Shown piece by piece: positions 37,885 through 52,026 of a DNA stretch of 64,000 nt; the stretch's first letter is position 1, and each line of letters begins with the position of its first letter. The DNA is from Lingula anatina (taxonomy: Eukaryota; Animalia; Brachiopoda). The position numbers and the translations under genes are program-made. Location of the stretch: positions 1,922,001 to 1,986,000 of the forward strand of contig CM120647.1 in NCBI GenBank assembly GCA_051362555.1, given 5' to 3'. Under the pieces are notes generated by a model that saw nothing but the letters and a program-made list of their open reading frames with translations, was not told the origin of the DNA and searched no databases.

Positions 37885-40800
37885 AGACGTGGCTTTGGCA
37901 GCTTCAATTTCCGTGGACATGGGACAAGAAAAGGTTCAGAAGATTTTTAACCTTAAAAAGCTCTTTAATTTCTCTCGTTTTCAGGGTTGTTGCAGTACAG
38001 AGAAATTTCGTTTTTAAAAATCTAGAAGGCAAACTGTCGGTTACGATTGTTGGTTAACAGCCTTTTGGCAATCTGAAAACAACAAATAACACATCATGTA
38101 AACTAGTAATTTTGTGAAGATGACACCTCTTACAATTCACATTTTCCTTTTCTTTATGATTCACTCGTGATTGGCCAAAGGACGATGTGTACGACGTAAA
38201 ATTCCAAAGCAGATGCACTGATCACGGCGTAATATCTTAAAGATATCAAATACCGGACGACGTAATATAATGAAAAATGAGGCCACTGACATCTCTTCAT
38301 ATTATTTTTTTTTTTTAATTAAAAAGCCCATTTGTTTATGGTTGGCGTATGTTATTACGGATGAGATAGATCTGATATATAAGCAAAGAATAGATTAATT
38401 TCATTTATTTTTAAAAACACCAAGTAAACACATTTACTGGAAACTTGCTGTCAAGGTCCGTAGTTACAGTCCGTTGTTAAGTACATGTATTAATCAAAGA
38501 GTTTTTTACAGAAACACCAAAGCACGTTTTTCAGTGGATGATGGGGCTTGGCTGTGTGTCATTCAGTGTGACTTTCATTCACCAGACTTTATTTTAACTT
38601 TTCTTTCTGTTGCTTGACTTTTTTATTTATTCATTTCTTTTTTTTTTTTTTTCAGTCTTGATTCCTGTTTTTGGAGTCTTTTCTTCTTTTTCATCTCTCG
38701 TTAATTTGCACCTCTTGTTCTACTGTTTTCAGGATTGTTGGGTTTCTGCTTCTCCTTAACTCTCTGTCAGTATGCACTAATTTATTTTCTTTACTTTAGT
38801 CTTTCTTGCTGGGTCAGCCTAGGATGATTCTTCATTTTTTTTACTTCTGTATTACGTGCATTCAACGTTTCAACGTATAACGTCTTCCTTACGTGCTTCA
38901 GCAAGATTATCTTTACGAATATTAGCTCTTTGACGTCTTTTTCTTCAAATTATTTTTGCTGAAAGTAAAATTTTCAGGATCCCTTTTTCTTTTCCTATTT
39001 GGGTTTTTGTTTATTGTCATCCATATTTGATACTTCATTCACTGAGAGTATAATAAATGTACTTTTAATTATACATGTATTGAAGTGTTCGTACCGTGTT
39101 CGTACCAAAATATATCATATACATTAAACCATAGAATATGAATCCATATATATACAGTTTATTATTTTGCAATTAGTTATATTTGGCAATATATTCAAAC
39201 CAATATTGTTCATTTTGAATACAAAGAGTAGCACCTTTACTGATTTTATTTCTTTGCAAAATTTCTTACCTGACTCTAATTAATCAGTATCACTTTATCG
39301 AATATATATATTTTTATACAATGTTTTTCTAAACATCACAAGACATGAATGCATTTTATATAGTCTAAAACAATATTTTGTACCATATTTTGATGTTTTA
39401 TCATCATTGATAAGTAGCCAGTTATCAAATGGTTAATGTATAACTTGGGGGTACGGACACTACATTTGGCACCAAATGTTTTTCATTGCATTAACAAAAA
39501 TGAGTAAAATGTGTATCAAAGCCCGTATCTGCAAAATGGTTAAAATATTTATTTTTCTCAGCACATATCTTTGGATGAACCTGCTAGAATAGGAGACAGA
39601 TGTTGTGGGAACTATATACCAATATCATATTCACCATAAATCACTGACATAAAGAGCTAGTGCATCAGCTTTATGACCTTAATTGCAAATGACCCACCGC
39701 AACAGCTATAATGGGTACTTTTTGAACACATAATTGGCTATATTTTTGTAAATTGTAATCCTATTATTATAATTCTTTTTTTATTTTGCTCCTGTGAACA
39801 GTGTCTTTGATATTAGTCTATCAGCAATCTCCAATTATAAATTGTTAATTTATCAGACACTTGTAACATTCACCACATTTAATTGTTCACCCTGATTGTG
39901 AAACAGCCGATCAGGACAAGTGCTCTTAGCTGGTGAACTGCACGTTGGTCGATACTTGCACGTCCCTCCACAGAAAGCACAGCCAAATTTTGTATCCACA
40001 CCACCAATACATGTGCCACATGTGCTCCCCATGACGTCACATTTGTACAGGGTGGCTGAAAAATATTGAAAATATTACCAAATAATCAATACATGTTCAA
40101 CATGAATACATGAATGCGTATCCATAATGTGTGTAAGTGTTACAAATAGTAGTTCATATGCATGCAGTATGTTTCCATTTTAGGAGATCTCTTATTATTA
40201 AGGAGATTTGGGCGTTATTGTTTTTTACCAAAATGGAATAATAATAATTATTTTTATTAGACGATCGGTTGAATGAAACAATTACTATATTTTGTGCGCT
40301 TATGAAGAAGGCATTTTATCCCATTATAAAAATGAGATCATTCCTTTTGTAACTCGTGCGTAAAAATATGCGCCTCACAGGGAAAAAGACGGGAACGTAT
40401 ACATATACAGCGCATGTAAAAATAGCAATACACTTACCGCTCACTTGAGAGCCGATGGGTTGGTCTATCACATGGTTATTATTCCAGATTACTTGGATTT
40501 CATGCCTCTCCTGGCCTGTGATGGCTGTATACACATACTGAGATATGAGAAGAACAAGTAGCCAATTATAATTGTATCAATATAGATCTAAATATATAAG
40601 GCATTCCTGAAGTTGCAAAATTTCTACATAGAAAGCATAAGTTGGGGTTTGGATACGGTCACTTGCCTTACAAAATCAGTATTTTGAGGGCACAAATATT
40701 CGATCTGTTATTCTATCAGCTACTGTAAAATAGCGTGACATTTAAAAGATTATATATCATATATACAGTACGAGTATATGCCTTGCATCATATCTACTCA

Positions 40801-41405
40801 CAGCGTGGCTCTGGCAGTCTATGGCACTATCATTCTGTCTGATAGCTGGGACTGTGTTAGTGCCTATCTTACACTGATAATCACCTTGGCCAGCCTGGAA
40901 TAACATTGAGGTTAGGTTGAGAATAACCAAAATGATTGCAGAGTACAGCAAAATGTGAGGCTTCATTCATATTTTCCTAATCAAATTTTGAGTTCGAAGG
41001 TCTCATTTATGTCAGCCTTGTCATAGACACTGACTTGGAACTGAACTCTTGCTTTATGGTAAGAATGAAAAATCACAGTTTACCTTCCCATAATTCTTAG
41101 GTACAGTATGTATATCGCCAATTTGAATTAAAACATAAGTAGGAAGAGCGTATAACTACAAGTACAAACTGCTAACAACAACGGGTTTTATAACAACATT
41201 TACGTGAATCTTTACCTGTGGCACAGGTAGGTTCTTCCCACTCAGTGAGATCACCTTGGTGACCCCAGCAGGTAACAGGACGTCCTGAGCACGTGGCAGG
41301 AGCTGGGGACACAGGGTGGGACCTTTAATACCCACATTGACATGACTCTGGAATGACGGAAACAAGACGGTGCGATTCCTAGTTAATAAAATATGTTTCT
41401 GTTCT

Positions 41406-42363
41406 GGGGTTCGTAGAGGTAGAGGAAAGTCTGCCTTGCGAGTCGCAAGGGCTACATGAGTTGTCCTTTCAAGCAATGACGCTAATTGCAAGGAGCGATG
41501 GCCGTGAAAGCTGGTGGGTGTGTTACATGTCACCAAGTTCCCCCCCAATGACTGTGGTACTGACAGCTGTGGTATCAAATACACACTGGTAGGTCTGGTC
41601 GGGGGGTAGCAGGCTTACTGAGAGGTTCACCTACAAACACGAATGAAACAGTGATTCTTTGCTTAGATGGTTACTTATACTATGTCTTGCTTCCTGCGTA
41701 CGTGGCATACACTCACCACTTACGAAGGGAATGTAACGCACAGCGAAAATAGTGCCCTTTTACGTCAGTTTTGCTTCACACTTGCCTCACAAGTTTGTGA
41801 TGACGTACTGACGGCGTACGTCAGTTTTGCTTCCTGTTCTCCCCTTCTTTCTTCTTCCTCCTCCATTTTTTCTGCTATCTAAGCTTCTTTCTCTTTCCTT
41901 TTGGAGGAATATTAGAAACTAGATTGGACAAAAATTTGAAAATTCTGAAAATTGTTGTACACGTTACACAGTCGACGTTAATTGTACAGACACCAGGCGT
42001 GAGGGTGACGCACGTGCGACGTATTCCTGGTGTGTTCTCGACTTTGTTCGTTAGTTGTGAGGGCGTGCGTCTTACTCGACACGCAAAGGGCACTTGCTCC
42101 TTCACTGCTTGCGACGGGTGTTTTGCACAACGCACGTCTCACTTTCTTACTACGTGCGAGGGAAGCAAGTCACGCTTGCGGCCTCGCTGTTCGCAGGCTA
42201 TTCGTAGAATCTTTTGGACATGTCCAACATCCTCCGTACGTGCATACGGGCTGTCTGCGAACTCGAAATTTCGTAAGAAGGACGTGCGTGGGACGTGAGA
42301 TTCTGCGTAAAATTTGGACGCAAACATCCGTAAGAGCCCGTGCGGCCGGTTGCGACCGAGGCT
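41406..42363. mobile_element. Left-truncated copy of the exon-carrying TIR element
   Basis: Near-identical to 9383-10340. Confidence 0.75.
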
Positions 42364-42523
42364 ATAGAGAGATAATGTATAAGAATACAATACCCTGAGT
42401 GTGCGCCGCAGTCAAAATATGTGAAGTTGGTCGTTAGAAACTTGACTCCTGTCGTTACTGATTTGATAGATAATGGTATTGTAACGTGATCTGAAGCGAT
42501 AGTTATAATTCCTTTAGCATGCG

Positions 42524-42600
<77 letters not shown>

Positions 42601-44365
42601 TTAAAGAACAAACATGAGCCATTGTTGTGGTAATGGGCAAATCCTTGTATCTAAATAATTGAATTAATTAATTGACAGGTAATTAATTGACAGGTATATA
42701 TCGGTGAGTATTGCCAAAAGTCGGAGTATGTATTTATGGATAAGAGTGAGGTAGACCTTTTTTTTAGATGGTCATCCTGTACAAGAAAGACAACACCCCT
42801 TACCGTCCCCAGTTGGTATAGAAGGTAAGCTGGTAGGTGTGTCACATGTCACCAAGTTCCCCCCAGTAACTGTGGTACTGACAGCTGTGGTATCAAATAC
42901 ACACTGGTAGGTCTGGCCTGGCGGTAGCAGGCTTACTGAGAGGTTCACCTACAAACATGAATGAAATAGTGATTCTAAGATGATTATCTGTTATAACGTA
43001 CAGATACCTGTATCGAACTGTCGATCGCAGTCAATCGCTCGTTTCTTAAACACTAATTTGATACTCATACCATAGCCCATAAAGTCTGACTGAAAATACG
43101 TTTAGAAAGGAGCATTCATGCTATTCCATTTTTGCGGGTGTTATGGATTCCAAAGGTCCCAGAGTAATTACTTTTGGGTCCATTAACTTCATATTCCTTG
43201 CCAATACACCATGATTTGAACATTCAGACTGGATTTTTTCCTATGCATGTGGTTAGTTAGCTGGCCAATAGAAACATTCAAATTGACACCTCTCTTGTGG
43301 CCTTCAATATTCTTAATTAATGCTTCTTTTAGCAAAATCTATAAACAGAATTTACACTCGCAAAAATGGAAATGGTTTGAGACAATATCGAGGGACACCT
43401 TATAGACTACTGGTAATTCATTCATCGTTAGCGTTATGCATTTCATTGTATAACGGTGTATAACGGTTACAGCACCGCAGTGAGTTTGCATTATTTACCT
43501 CACTGCGTATGCACAAAGATATATGACAATGCAGTGAAGTCCATTGATACAAGCTGTTCTCTTATGGACTTTATACGAGCAACGGACGGAGTCCATCAAA
43601 AGTTGGCAAGAAAATTATTGGTAACATTGAAATGAAACAAAAGTTGGTTATGGAATGATGCCACGTGTATATCAATTCTTTGTACCTGTGTAGGTCTGGC
43701 TAGAGGTGTGTTTGATGGTGAAATGGTATTGATCTTAATACACTGTCCATTATCAAAGGGAAGCCATCTTCGTGAGCCATCTGCATCCGAGCATTGACTT
43801 TTCCTGCTGCATCTGAAAAAGAAACACATGAAGCGAAGGGTTCTTGCATTTAAAGACGGTGTTTAATTCCACCTAATGTAACAAAGCATCATGCTTTGAT
43901 AAGAAAAATGGATACAGGGAAGAGGGGTTTTTGTGGCAGTTATGCACGAGGTACCGGTAGTATATCAGTCACACATTCAACGTTATAGCTATATATCGGT
44001 CTACGTCGGCTCATGCAAGATACAAGCCACGTATGCCTAATAAAATGAGAATATTGTACTTTTATTTCTTTACAACATTTCACCAAACATACTTAAAATA
44101 TAAATTTAGATCTGAAAAAAAAAACTCACCAAGTAGTCCTAACACCTAGACAACAAATTTGAATATAAACACGTTGCATCCTAAATTGTTTCGCGAACTA
44201 CAAAAACAGCCTGTTTAACCATCAGCTATGCAAAGCAAATTGTTCAAATGCTAACACACAATTTTCTATTCTTAGACTGCGTTCTCATTACCTTATAGCA
44301 CCGGTAGTGGTAACTATGTGACACTCTGACGATGCTTTTGTCGAGCACCTGCGCATTTACATGTA

Positions 44366-45672
44366 CCGGTGTACCATGAAAATCTGACTCCCCTAAAATG
44401 TGACTCCCCAGTCAGATTTTCATTATGAAAATGTGACTCCCCAGTCAGATTTTCATTATGAAAATCTGACTCACCCCATGAAATTTTGACTCCCCCCCCA
44501 AAAAAAACATTCATTAATCTCATTTCATTTGAGTAAATGACTATGATTTTGTAGTATGCATAATGGATGATACATTGGCACTTTTTTGTAGTTTGCAGGT
44601 GAAAATTTTCATAAAAAAAAAGAAAAATTAAAAATGTGCACATAATGAAAATGTGGTTCCCCTATGAAAATTTGACTCCCCTACAAAAAAACATTCATTA
44701 ATCTCTAATTAGTTTAGTATATGACTGTGATCTTGTAGTATGTAAAATGGTTGATACATTGGCACATTTTTTTTGTAGTTTGCAGTGAGAATTTTAATAA
44801 ACAAATAAGAAAATTAAAAATGAGCACATAATGAAAATCTGACTTCCCCAAGAAAATTTGACTCCCCCTCCACAAAACTTCATAAATCTTATTTTATTTT
44901 GAGTATATAACTGTGATCTTGTAGCATGTAAAATGGTTGATACATTGGCACATTTTTTGTAGTTTGCAGTGAAATTTTTAATGAAAAAATGAGAAAATTA
45001 AAAATGTGCACATAATGAAATTGTAGTGTTTTGACATGGGAGTGCAAAACCTACAAGAATAAAGATGGATACTTGTTTTAAAAATATTGACCAAAATTTT
45101 CATCATCAAACTTTCAAATAATGACAAAATATCCATCTCTATGCAAACTATGTGGAAAACAGTGGTATGGTGACTGAATATAAAATAGGTCCTTTTCTCA
45201 ATGGGAGTCCAAATCTCATGGGTGTAAAAATAAAGATTTTCATGATTTCTTTTTCATGTTTTCACTATTTTATCATCAAACCTTTAAATATTTCCAATAT
45301 ATTTTTCATAAGTATCCTAAAAGAAAAGGTGCTGAAATGATCATCAAATATTTTATTTAAAAATAACTTTTTCATAGGGGAGACAATAGGCGATTAAGTG
45401 GACATTTTTAATTTTCTTATTTTTTCATGAAAATTTTCACCTGCAAATTACAAAAAAGCGCCAATGTATCCTCCATTTCACATACTACAAGATCACAGTC
45501 ACATACTCAAAATAAAATAAGATGTATGAAGTTTTGTGGAGGGGGAGTCAAATTTTCATGGGGGGAGTCAGATTTTCATTATGAAAATCTGACTGGGGAG
45601 TCACATTTTCATAATGAAAATCTGACTGGGGAGTCACATTTTCATGGGAGTCAGATTTTCATGTTACACCGG
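44366..45672. mobile_element. Paralogous foldback/MITE-like element (one internal unit fewer)
   Basis: Same TIRs, TA flanks and insertion site as 12521-13970. Confidence 0.85.
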
Positions 45673-47225
45673 TACGAGCAGGATCTATCTATCTCAGCGG
45701 GGATTCCCGCTAGAGCGCTGTGAATTATAATCCGCTTAATTTTCTGGCACGCCTGCTCTCAACAACATCATGAACCACAAAGTTACTTTAAGTTACAAGA
45801 GGGTGTACCAGGCATTTAAGCCGCTTAAACTGAATGCAATTTAGTGAGAATCCCTCACGAGTTAGATCCATCCAGTTAATACGATAGAGTTATGGGAACG
45901 GTCCCTTACTTGTTCTCCAGACTACACCACCCACAGAACGGATCTCTGGATGCCAGACAATCATCACAACTACTGTAACTACCGCAGTCTTCTACCTTTA
46001 GTTTACTGACCTGGGAAAAGTTTGATTTATACTTACATGTTTGGTTCGCTTTATAATCAAAATTGAAAGTACTGCTCACATTACATTCAGTTCTTGGGCA
46101 AAAAGAAAAAAAACTAAAAAAAGAAATGCGAAGATATTCCAAAAACATCAAACATTTGGGCCATATTAGCTCATATTTCCCAAAGTAAACTCATAATCAA
46201 ATTGTACAATTCTTACAGACAGAATATATATTTTTTATTTAAAAAGAGCCAATTTAAACTTTGTACTTTGGTTTATTTCCCCGGTTTATTTGTGCGTATG
46301 CTACTTTTCCTTGTCCTTTATGTGCCAGCTGCATAGCACTAACCTTGTATTTGGTCATAACATACACATGCTCCCCTGTGCTATCTAACTGTATATCTTT
46401 AACCTCATCGTTTGACACTTGTACTGATTCATATTCTACTGCAGATGTATTAGACTGAATTAATATCTGAAAATATGATTAACGGATAGAAATTTCACGC
46501 AAGGTTTGTTAAGACATCGTTATATATGTTAAACGGATGTTTTTTTAGTTTTTTATAATGAGTCTGAACAAAATTTGCAGAGTAAACCTGTTTAAGTCAG
46601 AATACATTTGAAAAAATCTTAACCAATTAAATACGGGGTTCTTTTCTGCTTTATCATACTAGGACTTTGTCTACCTTAATATAAAATAATCTTTTTTATA
46701 ATCAGACTCTCTTTTTAATTAACACAATTGTTTGGTAGATTTACAATTTTACTATTATTCAAGAAACGAGAAATTTACTGACGTGCTGTTCGGGTATCAA
46801 TACAAGAAAACCAACTACTCAATTGTGCGGTACCTTATTTAGTTGTCCGTCAGCAGTTCCTACAAAAGCCACAGTGTAGCTAGTGGTGGTTGTTGTGGCT
46901 ACTACTGTCCATGTGGACGACGTGGCTGTCAGAGCAGGGGTTGATGTTGCCGGGGTGGTTGACACCAGGGGAGTGTTTACCCCACCATAGTCATGGTTAC
47001 AGTAGTTGGCCCCATAGTTATATGACTAGGGATGTAAAAGTACCTCAAATAAAATGTCTACAGATGTGAAAGTAGTTAATGAGTACTTGATGAACAGCAA
47101 AATTAGATAAAATGTTTATGGACAATCTGCGAATACAACAAGAACACAGGTTTTTTAAAAGTTGGTATTATTCACATAGCAATTAATTGGCCAACAATGT
47201 TGAAATTGATTAAAGGTAAACTTAC

Positions 47226-48311
47226 TGGGAACGAATGGCATCGGCGTGAGCCTCCTGCGAATTGTGCAGCCTCAGTATTTCCATTTCCAGCGTAGCACTG
47301 CTCATATTTATCTTTTATTACTTTGTTTATGCCCTCCATCGGAAATACACACAAAGATGAAATAGACCCTTTAAGAAAAGTACCCACTACCACATTATGA
47401 TTACCAAGTTTAGTTACAGACATCGACTTAGCAAGACTAAACGACACGCTAGGACTGGCCCCTTCGCAACGTAATGACATTTCAAAGTAAGATTGATAGC
47501 CAGCATCATTCTGGCAAATGCGAACTAATCTTGACTCATAACTTGTGCTGCTAGGTGTTGTCTTTTGATTTGTGGTGAAATAACTGTAACCATCCAATGA
47601 GAACCCGGAAACGTAATTTACTGGATACGTACTCTGGACAGTGTGAGAGCGGGTTATGTACGTTCCTGTACCGGACAGTGCGCTGTAGTATGTTAATTCC
47701 AGTGTCTGTAGAGATCTTGTACTAACAGATGCTACCTGCTCCCGAAGCCTCCCACTCTCCCCCTGCCCCGTATACGTAGAAGCCACATATAACACGTCCT
47801 GTGAGTTGGGGCCTGGTGCTATAAAAGCAACAGTAGAAGCATCGGGAGAATTAGCGGCAACGTAATTTTCCAAAGGGTTAGAGCCACGATGTGAAGTAGC
47901 CTGTGATATATCAGTGACTGGTCGAGACTCACAAGTACCTTGATATACACTACCACAAGATATCAGTTTACCCCCAGACTGGTCTACTACTAGGATTTTG
48001 TTGTAGTTGTCTGTGGGCGTTCCCTTTGAGCAGGAAGAAGGAGGTGGACTACAGTAAGGACTATCCGTGACTGGTCCAGTCGTTACGTTCTGTAACAGTT
48101 GCAAGTCACCATTCAGTCGGTACAAAGTATTAACAGCCCCAACATATACAGTCCCAGTTGCGTTGTCAATCGCTATATTGTTGAACTCAACCGTTGTCTG
48201 CCCACTTGGATAAGAACTGACAATTGTAGAGGTGGATGCTTTACCGGCCAGATTGAATACTAGAGCGGAGAGGAATAGCAACGCCACAAACTTACCTCCC
48301 GTTCGCTGCAT
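47226..48311 (-). CDS. Plexin copy 3 Sema exon
   Basis: 362 open codons; leader matches copy 4, remainder nearly identical to copy 1. Confidence 0.9.
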
Positions 48312-48365
48312 TTTTATAATTAGCACTGAAATTGGAAACGATTTTTAGTGTATAGACATATCGTG

Positions 48366-48402
<37 letters not shown>

Positions 48403-50165
48403 TACCTACAAGTACTATGACAGGGACACAGAGGGTGATGTAATGCCTCCTTCGTACAATGTACAGTACAATGTATGCAGGTATGTCTTTATGAAGTTGG
48501 ATATAACGTTTTTGTAAAAACCTTTATTTTCTGGTGCCAAGGACGTTTTACTGTCCTCATAAGCAGTAGAAGCCAGACACAAGCTTTCAGGACTATTATA
48601 TGGGGGAAATGGAGTGGCATTTGGCGTCATTTTTAAGTAACCAAGCATTTCAAAGATAATTAACAAGTATCTTTTTTGTTCGGTAATGACACAATATTCT
48701 ACAAACATATATCTTGAAACTTACCTGAGGGTCTTGAAGGCTACCAGTACATTTATATAGGGATCTTATTCCGCTACAAGCAATATGTCTCCGTCTGCTA
48801 TCACCAAAGTGTCAAAGATCACTTCCTGGTTGCTGGACTTGACTACGTTGTAACTTGCAGTTGCTATTTTCAGTATCTACTATACAACGTGCGGTATCAA
48901 GTAGGTCATATATAAAGAGAGTGTGATCTGTGTGTGTACTTAACCTTAAGACACGATAAGATATGATTGTTCGGCATCCCTTAAACACTGATACGACTGT
49001 CATTTTAGACTATTTTTGTGGTATTATTGATAAGATTTTGGCCAGATATGTCTATTTTACGAACTTTTTCATTTGAACTATTTTTCTTGGTTTTTAATAC
49101 TGACATCTTTAAAACATGTAACCACGATGGTTAATTGACCTTAGGCTTACTTCCGCCCCGTTCTGATGAAACCAGTTCTATCACTATGAGAAACTTCGTC
49201 CTTACTGATGTGATTTTTAATTTTATTTGAAAATAGGCATTATCACTTTTTCATTCTCGTTACGTGGTAGTATTATCTCATACACTGGTACATACACTGA
49301 TATGACGATGTTCATTTTGCACTGTTTAACAGAAAAACATCCTAATGCCCCCCCTCCCCCCCCCCCCCCCCCCCCCCCCCTCAACGTACACAGATCTCAC
49401 AACTTTCGCAGCGGATTAATGATCAGCGAGACCAGGCATGAACAACATTGTTTATTGTCGCTTTCTGCTTAACAATTTTAATTCATGCACTTATTTTGAC
49501 ATTGGTGAATAAAGTACACACACTGGACAATAGAAGTGTCACCCCCTGAATCAGAGTAATCAAAGTTATTAACCTGAAGAGGTGGAATATAAGCAATGTC
49601 AGAATATCGATACAGTAGAATTGTTTAGTCAGAATAATCAGAACAGTTTCTTTTGTGAAATTTGATGTTAATAAAATGATAGCAGGAGCATATCATTCCA
49701 TAGTCATTTATCTCCCCCAAAGTTTTGGTTCATAAGGGGTGGCACTTCCCAAGTCCAGTGTGTACATGTAGTGTAAAATATGCATGAACGCTCACAAAAC
49801 CCAGAGAATACATGGACCAATAGGCAACCCGGTTACGGTGGACACCAACGCAGTAAGACGATCATGTCTCCCCCCCCCCCCCCATTCCCTACCCCCCTTT
49901 CCAACTCCACCTATAGAGGGCACAGAAGACACGTGTCCCTCTCTTACCGTCGGAGATACTCTTTTTTCATCCCCAAAAAATATTTTTATTATTCTGTTAA
50001 TCTTTCATTATACATTATACATATTCTTCCTCTCTTTACCAGGTTAAAATAGGCCATCCCAAATAAAACCAGGTCAACTGGAGTGGGACGTACCTGGAGA
50101 TGGCGATGGTGGTAGCGGTCATTACTGGTACATTGTTATGTAGCTAAGGATATCAACATGAAATG

Positions 50166-50332
50166 CAGGCACGTAGCCAGGAGTGTGGTTCGGGGGTACA
50201 ATAGAACCTCCCTTTTGCTGGGAAAAGGTCCCCTCTGGGTAAAATTTTATTTAGGCACCTGAAGGCTTCATGGCAAAAGGTCCACTTTTTCAGAAAAAGA
50301 ACCCCCTTTTGAAATTGCTGGCTACGGGCCTG
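50166..50332. mobile_element. Short MITE
   Basis: caggcacgtagccag ... ctggctacgggcctg; absent at paralogous site about 35130. Confidence 0.7.
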
Positions 50333-50810
50333 GAATGCGACATGTCGATCAAGTTATCAGCACCAGTCCGATATACCACAATAGGTCGTTCTAGCTGATT
50401 TGATCTCTGAGCCCAATTTTTAATTTATCTATTGTATTACTTTTACTATGCATATTATCAAACTTAATTTTGTCTTATTTAAACCATTATAACTAAATGC
50501 AGGGCGGGGTTTCTGTTACACCTGGGATAGAAGATATATTTAGGGTTGTACTGTAGGTCTTACTTTCGAAACACCGGGACATCAGTGTACTGAAAACGTT
50601 AAACACTTCGGTGTCATCGTTCTCTACAGAATCGTGTCGTAAATTAGCTGGTGACATATCTTTGAATGTCGAGTCTGGTAAAATGCATCTATCACCCTGG
50701 TAGAAGGTAAGAAAAATTGACATTTGGGAGGAACGAGGTGAAGTTGTACCGTCGTATTTTGCAGTTCATGATTAAACGGCAGAGCTAAAACGTGAAGTGT
50801 CACTGTGCTG

Positions 50811-51405
50811 GGCCCGGTTGCACCAACCGGTCGTAAGTTAGGCGTAGCAGTTGTGCGGCGTAAATCCAGCGCAAAAACGCTACGCCCGAGAAAAGCCAGT
50901 TGCACCAAACTGGAATAGTGTTTACGTCGGTCTTAACTTAGGCGTAAATCTACACCTGCCACGTAGGTGGTGTATGTCGGTCGTACATGTAGCTCGTTTT
51001 CCTCTATGGCTAGGATGACACAGAGAGAGTTTGATGACAGATCTACCTCACACGTCAGCAGCTCAGGAGAAACATGAGATGGGGGAAGCCCAGCTGCTAG
51101 TCAGTGGTGATCCTAGCTATGCTATCAGTAAGATGCATTTCTTCACACTTGTATTTAGTATTTCTTGTATTTCTTAAATGCTCATTGCAGCTGGGAACTT
51201 CTCATTAGCCCAACTATACCATCCACGTATTCCTGGGCAGTGAAGCAACGAAGCGTTACTTAGGCATAGTTAAGACGACCGTGTTTTTTTTTTTTTTTTT
51301 TTTTTTTGTCTTGGTGCAACGGGTGTGAACAGGGAGAGTAAACGGACGCCAGGTGTTACGGTTTACGACAGTCGTAAATTGACTCCCCGTTGGTGTAACG
51401 GGGCC
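50811..51405. mobile_element. Harbinger-like MITE (partial paralogs at about 19973-21460 and 37142-37265)
   Basis: TIRs ggcccggttgcaccaa / ttggtg(c/t)aac(c/g)gggcc; CTG flanks seen across copies. Confidence 0.7.
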
Positions 51406-51452
51406 GTAGATTTTTATTGATCGATCTACCGTACAAAATATGTAAAATGGAC

Positions 51453-51459
51453 CGTCCCT

Positions 51460-51520
<61 letters not shown>

Positions 51521-51526
51521 AGAGAC
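51453..51526 (-). tRNA. tRNA-Asn: tRNA-Asn (GTT)
   Basis: Identical 74-nt sequence with downstream T run. Confidence 0.97.
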
Positions 51527-51975
51527 CGATATACCTGTCTAACAGGTGTTATTTCTCACCTGGCGGCTCTCATGACAGCAGGTAAATTGATATTTTATCT
51601 CACCGTTGCTTAAGCCTTTATGTATGAGGCCTCTGACCTGCTGATAACGCATGATAAACTGTCTTGTGCAAGGTTTATTACCTGCCTGTTTAATGCATTA
51701 CACTCTTTTTGTAAGATTCTTTGGTGAATTGTTTCCAACACAAACATTTGCTCTACGTTACAAAAGTAACGTTTTGGTTGTTTTAACTGAGAAATGGGTA
51801 ATTGTGAAACAAATATTTATCATTTATAAATGGACACTCGGAAAGTGCACACAGGTATACATGTACCCCAGTTTGGTCAAAGTTAGGAGTTAAATTCTGA
51901 CTGGAATTCTGAAATGTCATTTTAAGAAATCAAGAGGAAAAAAACGCTAAAAAAATAAGAACTTTATCAAAATAT

Positions 51976-52026
51976 GGGTGGGCTTGAACCACCAACCTTT
52001 TGGTTAACAGCCGAACGCGCTACCCG
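51976..52026 (-). pseudogene. Partial degenerate tRNA-Asn copy
   Basis: Anticodon and T arms retained, acceptor stem lost; paralog of 23624-23674. Confidence 0.8.

Larger units (their letters stand above)
39853..48311 (-). pseudogene. Plexin copy 3: truncated ectodomain gene lacking the PSI2 exon (frameshifted; pseudogene or shorter secreted form)
   Basis: Exons 48311-47226, 47025-46834, 46466-46344, 46010-45910, 43812-43686, 42948-42804, 42490-42394 (ends phase 2), then 41347-41216 (starts phase 0), 40894-40802, 40537-40438, 40055-39853. The 115-nt PSI2 exon is removed by a deletion at 41405/41406. Confidence 0.7.
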
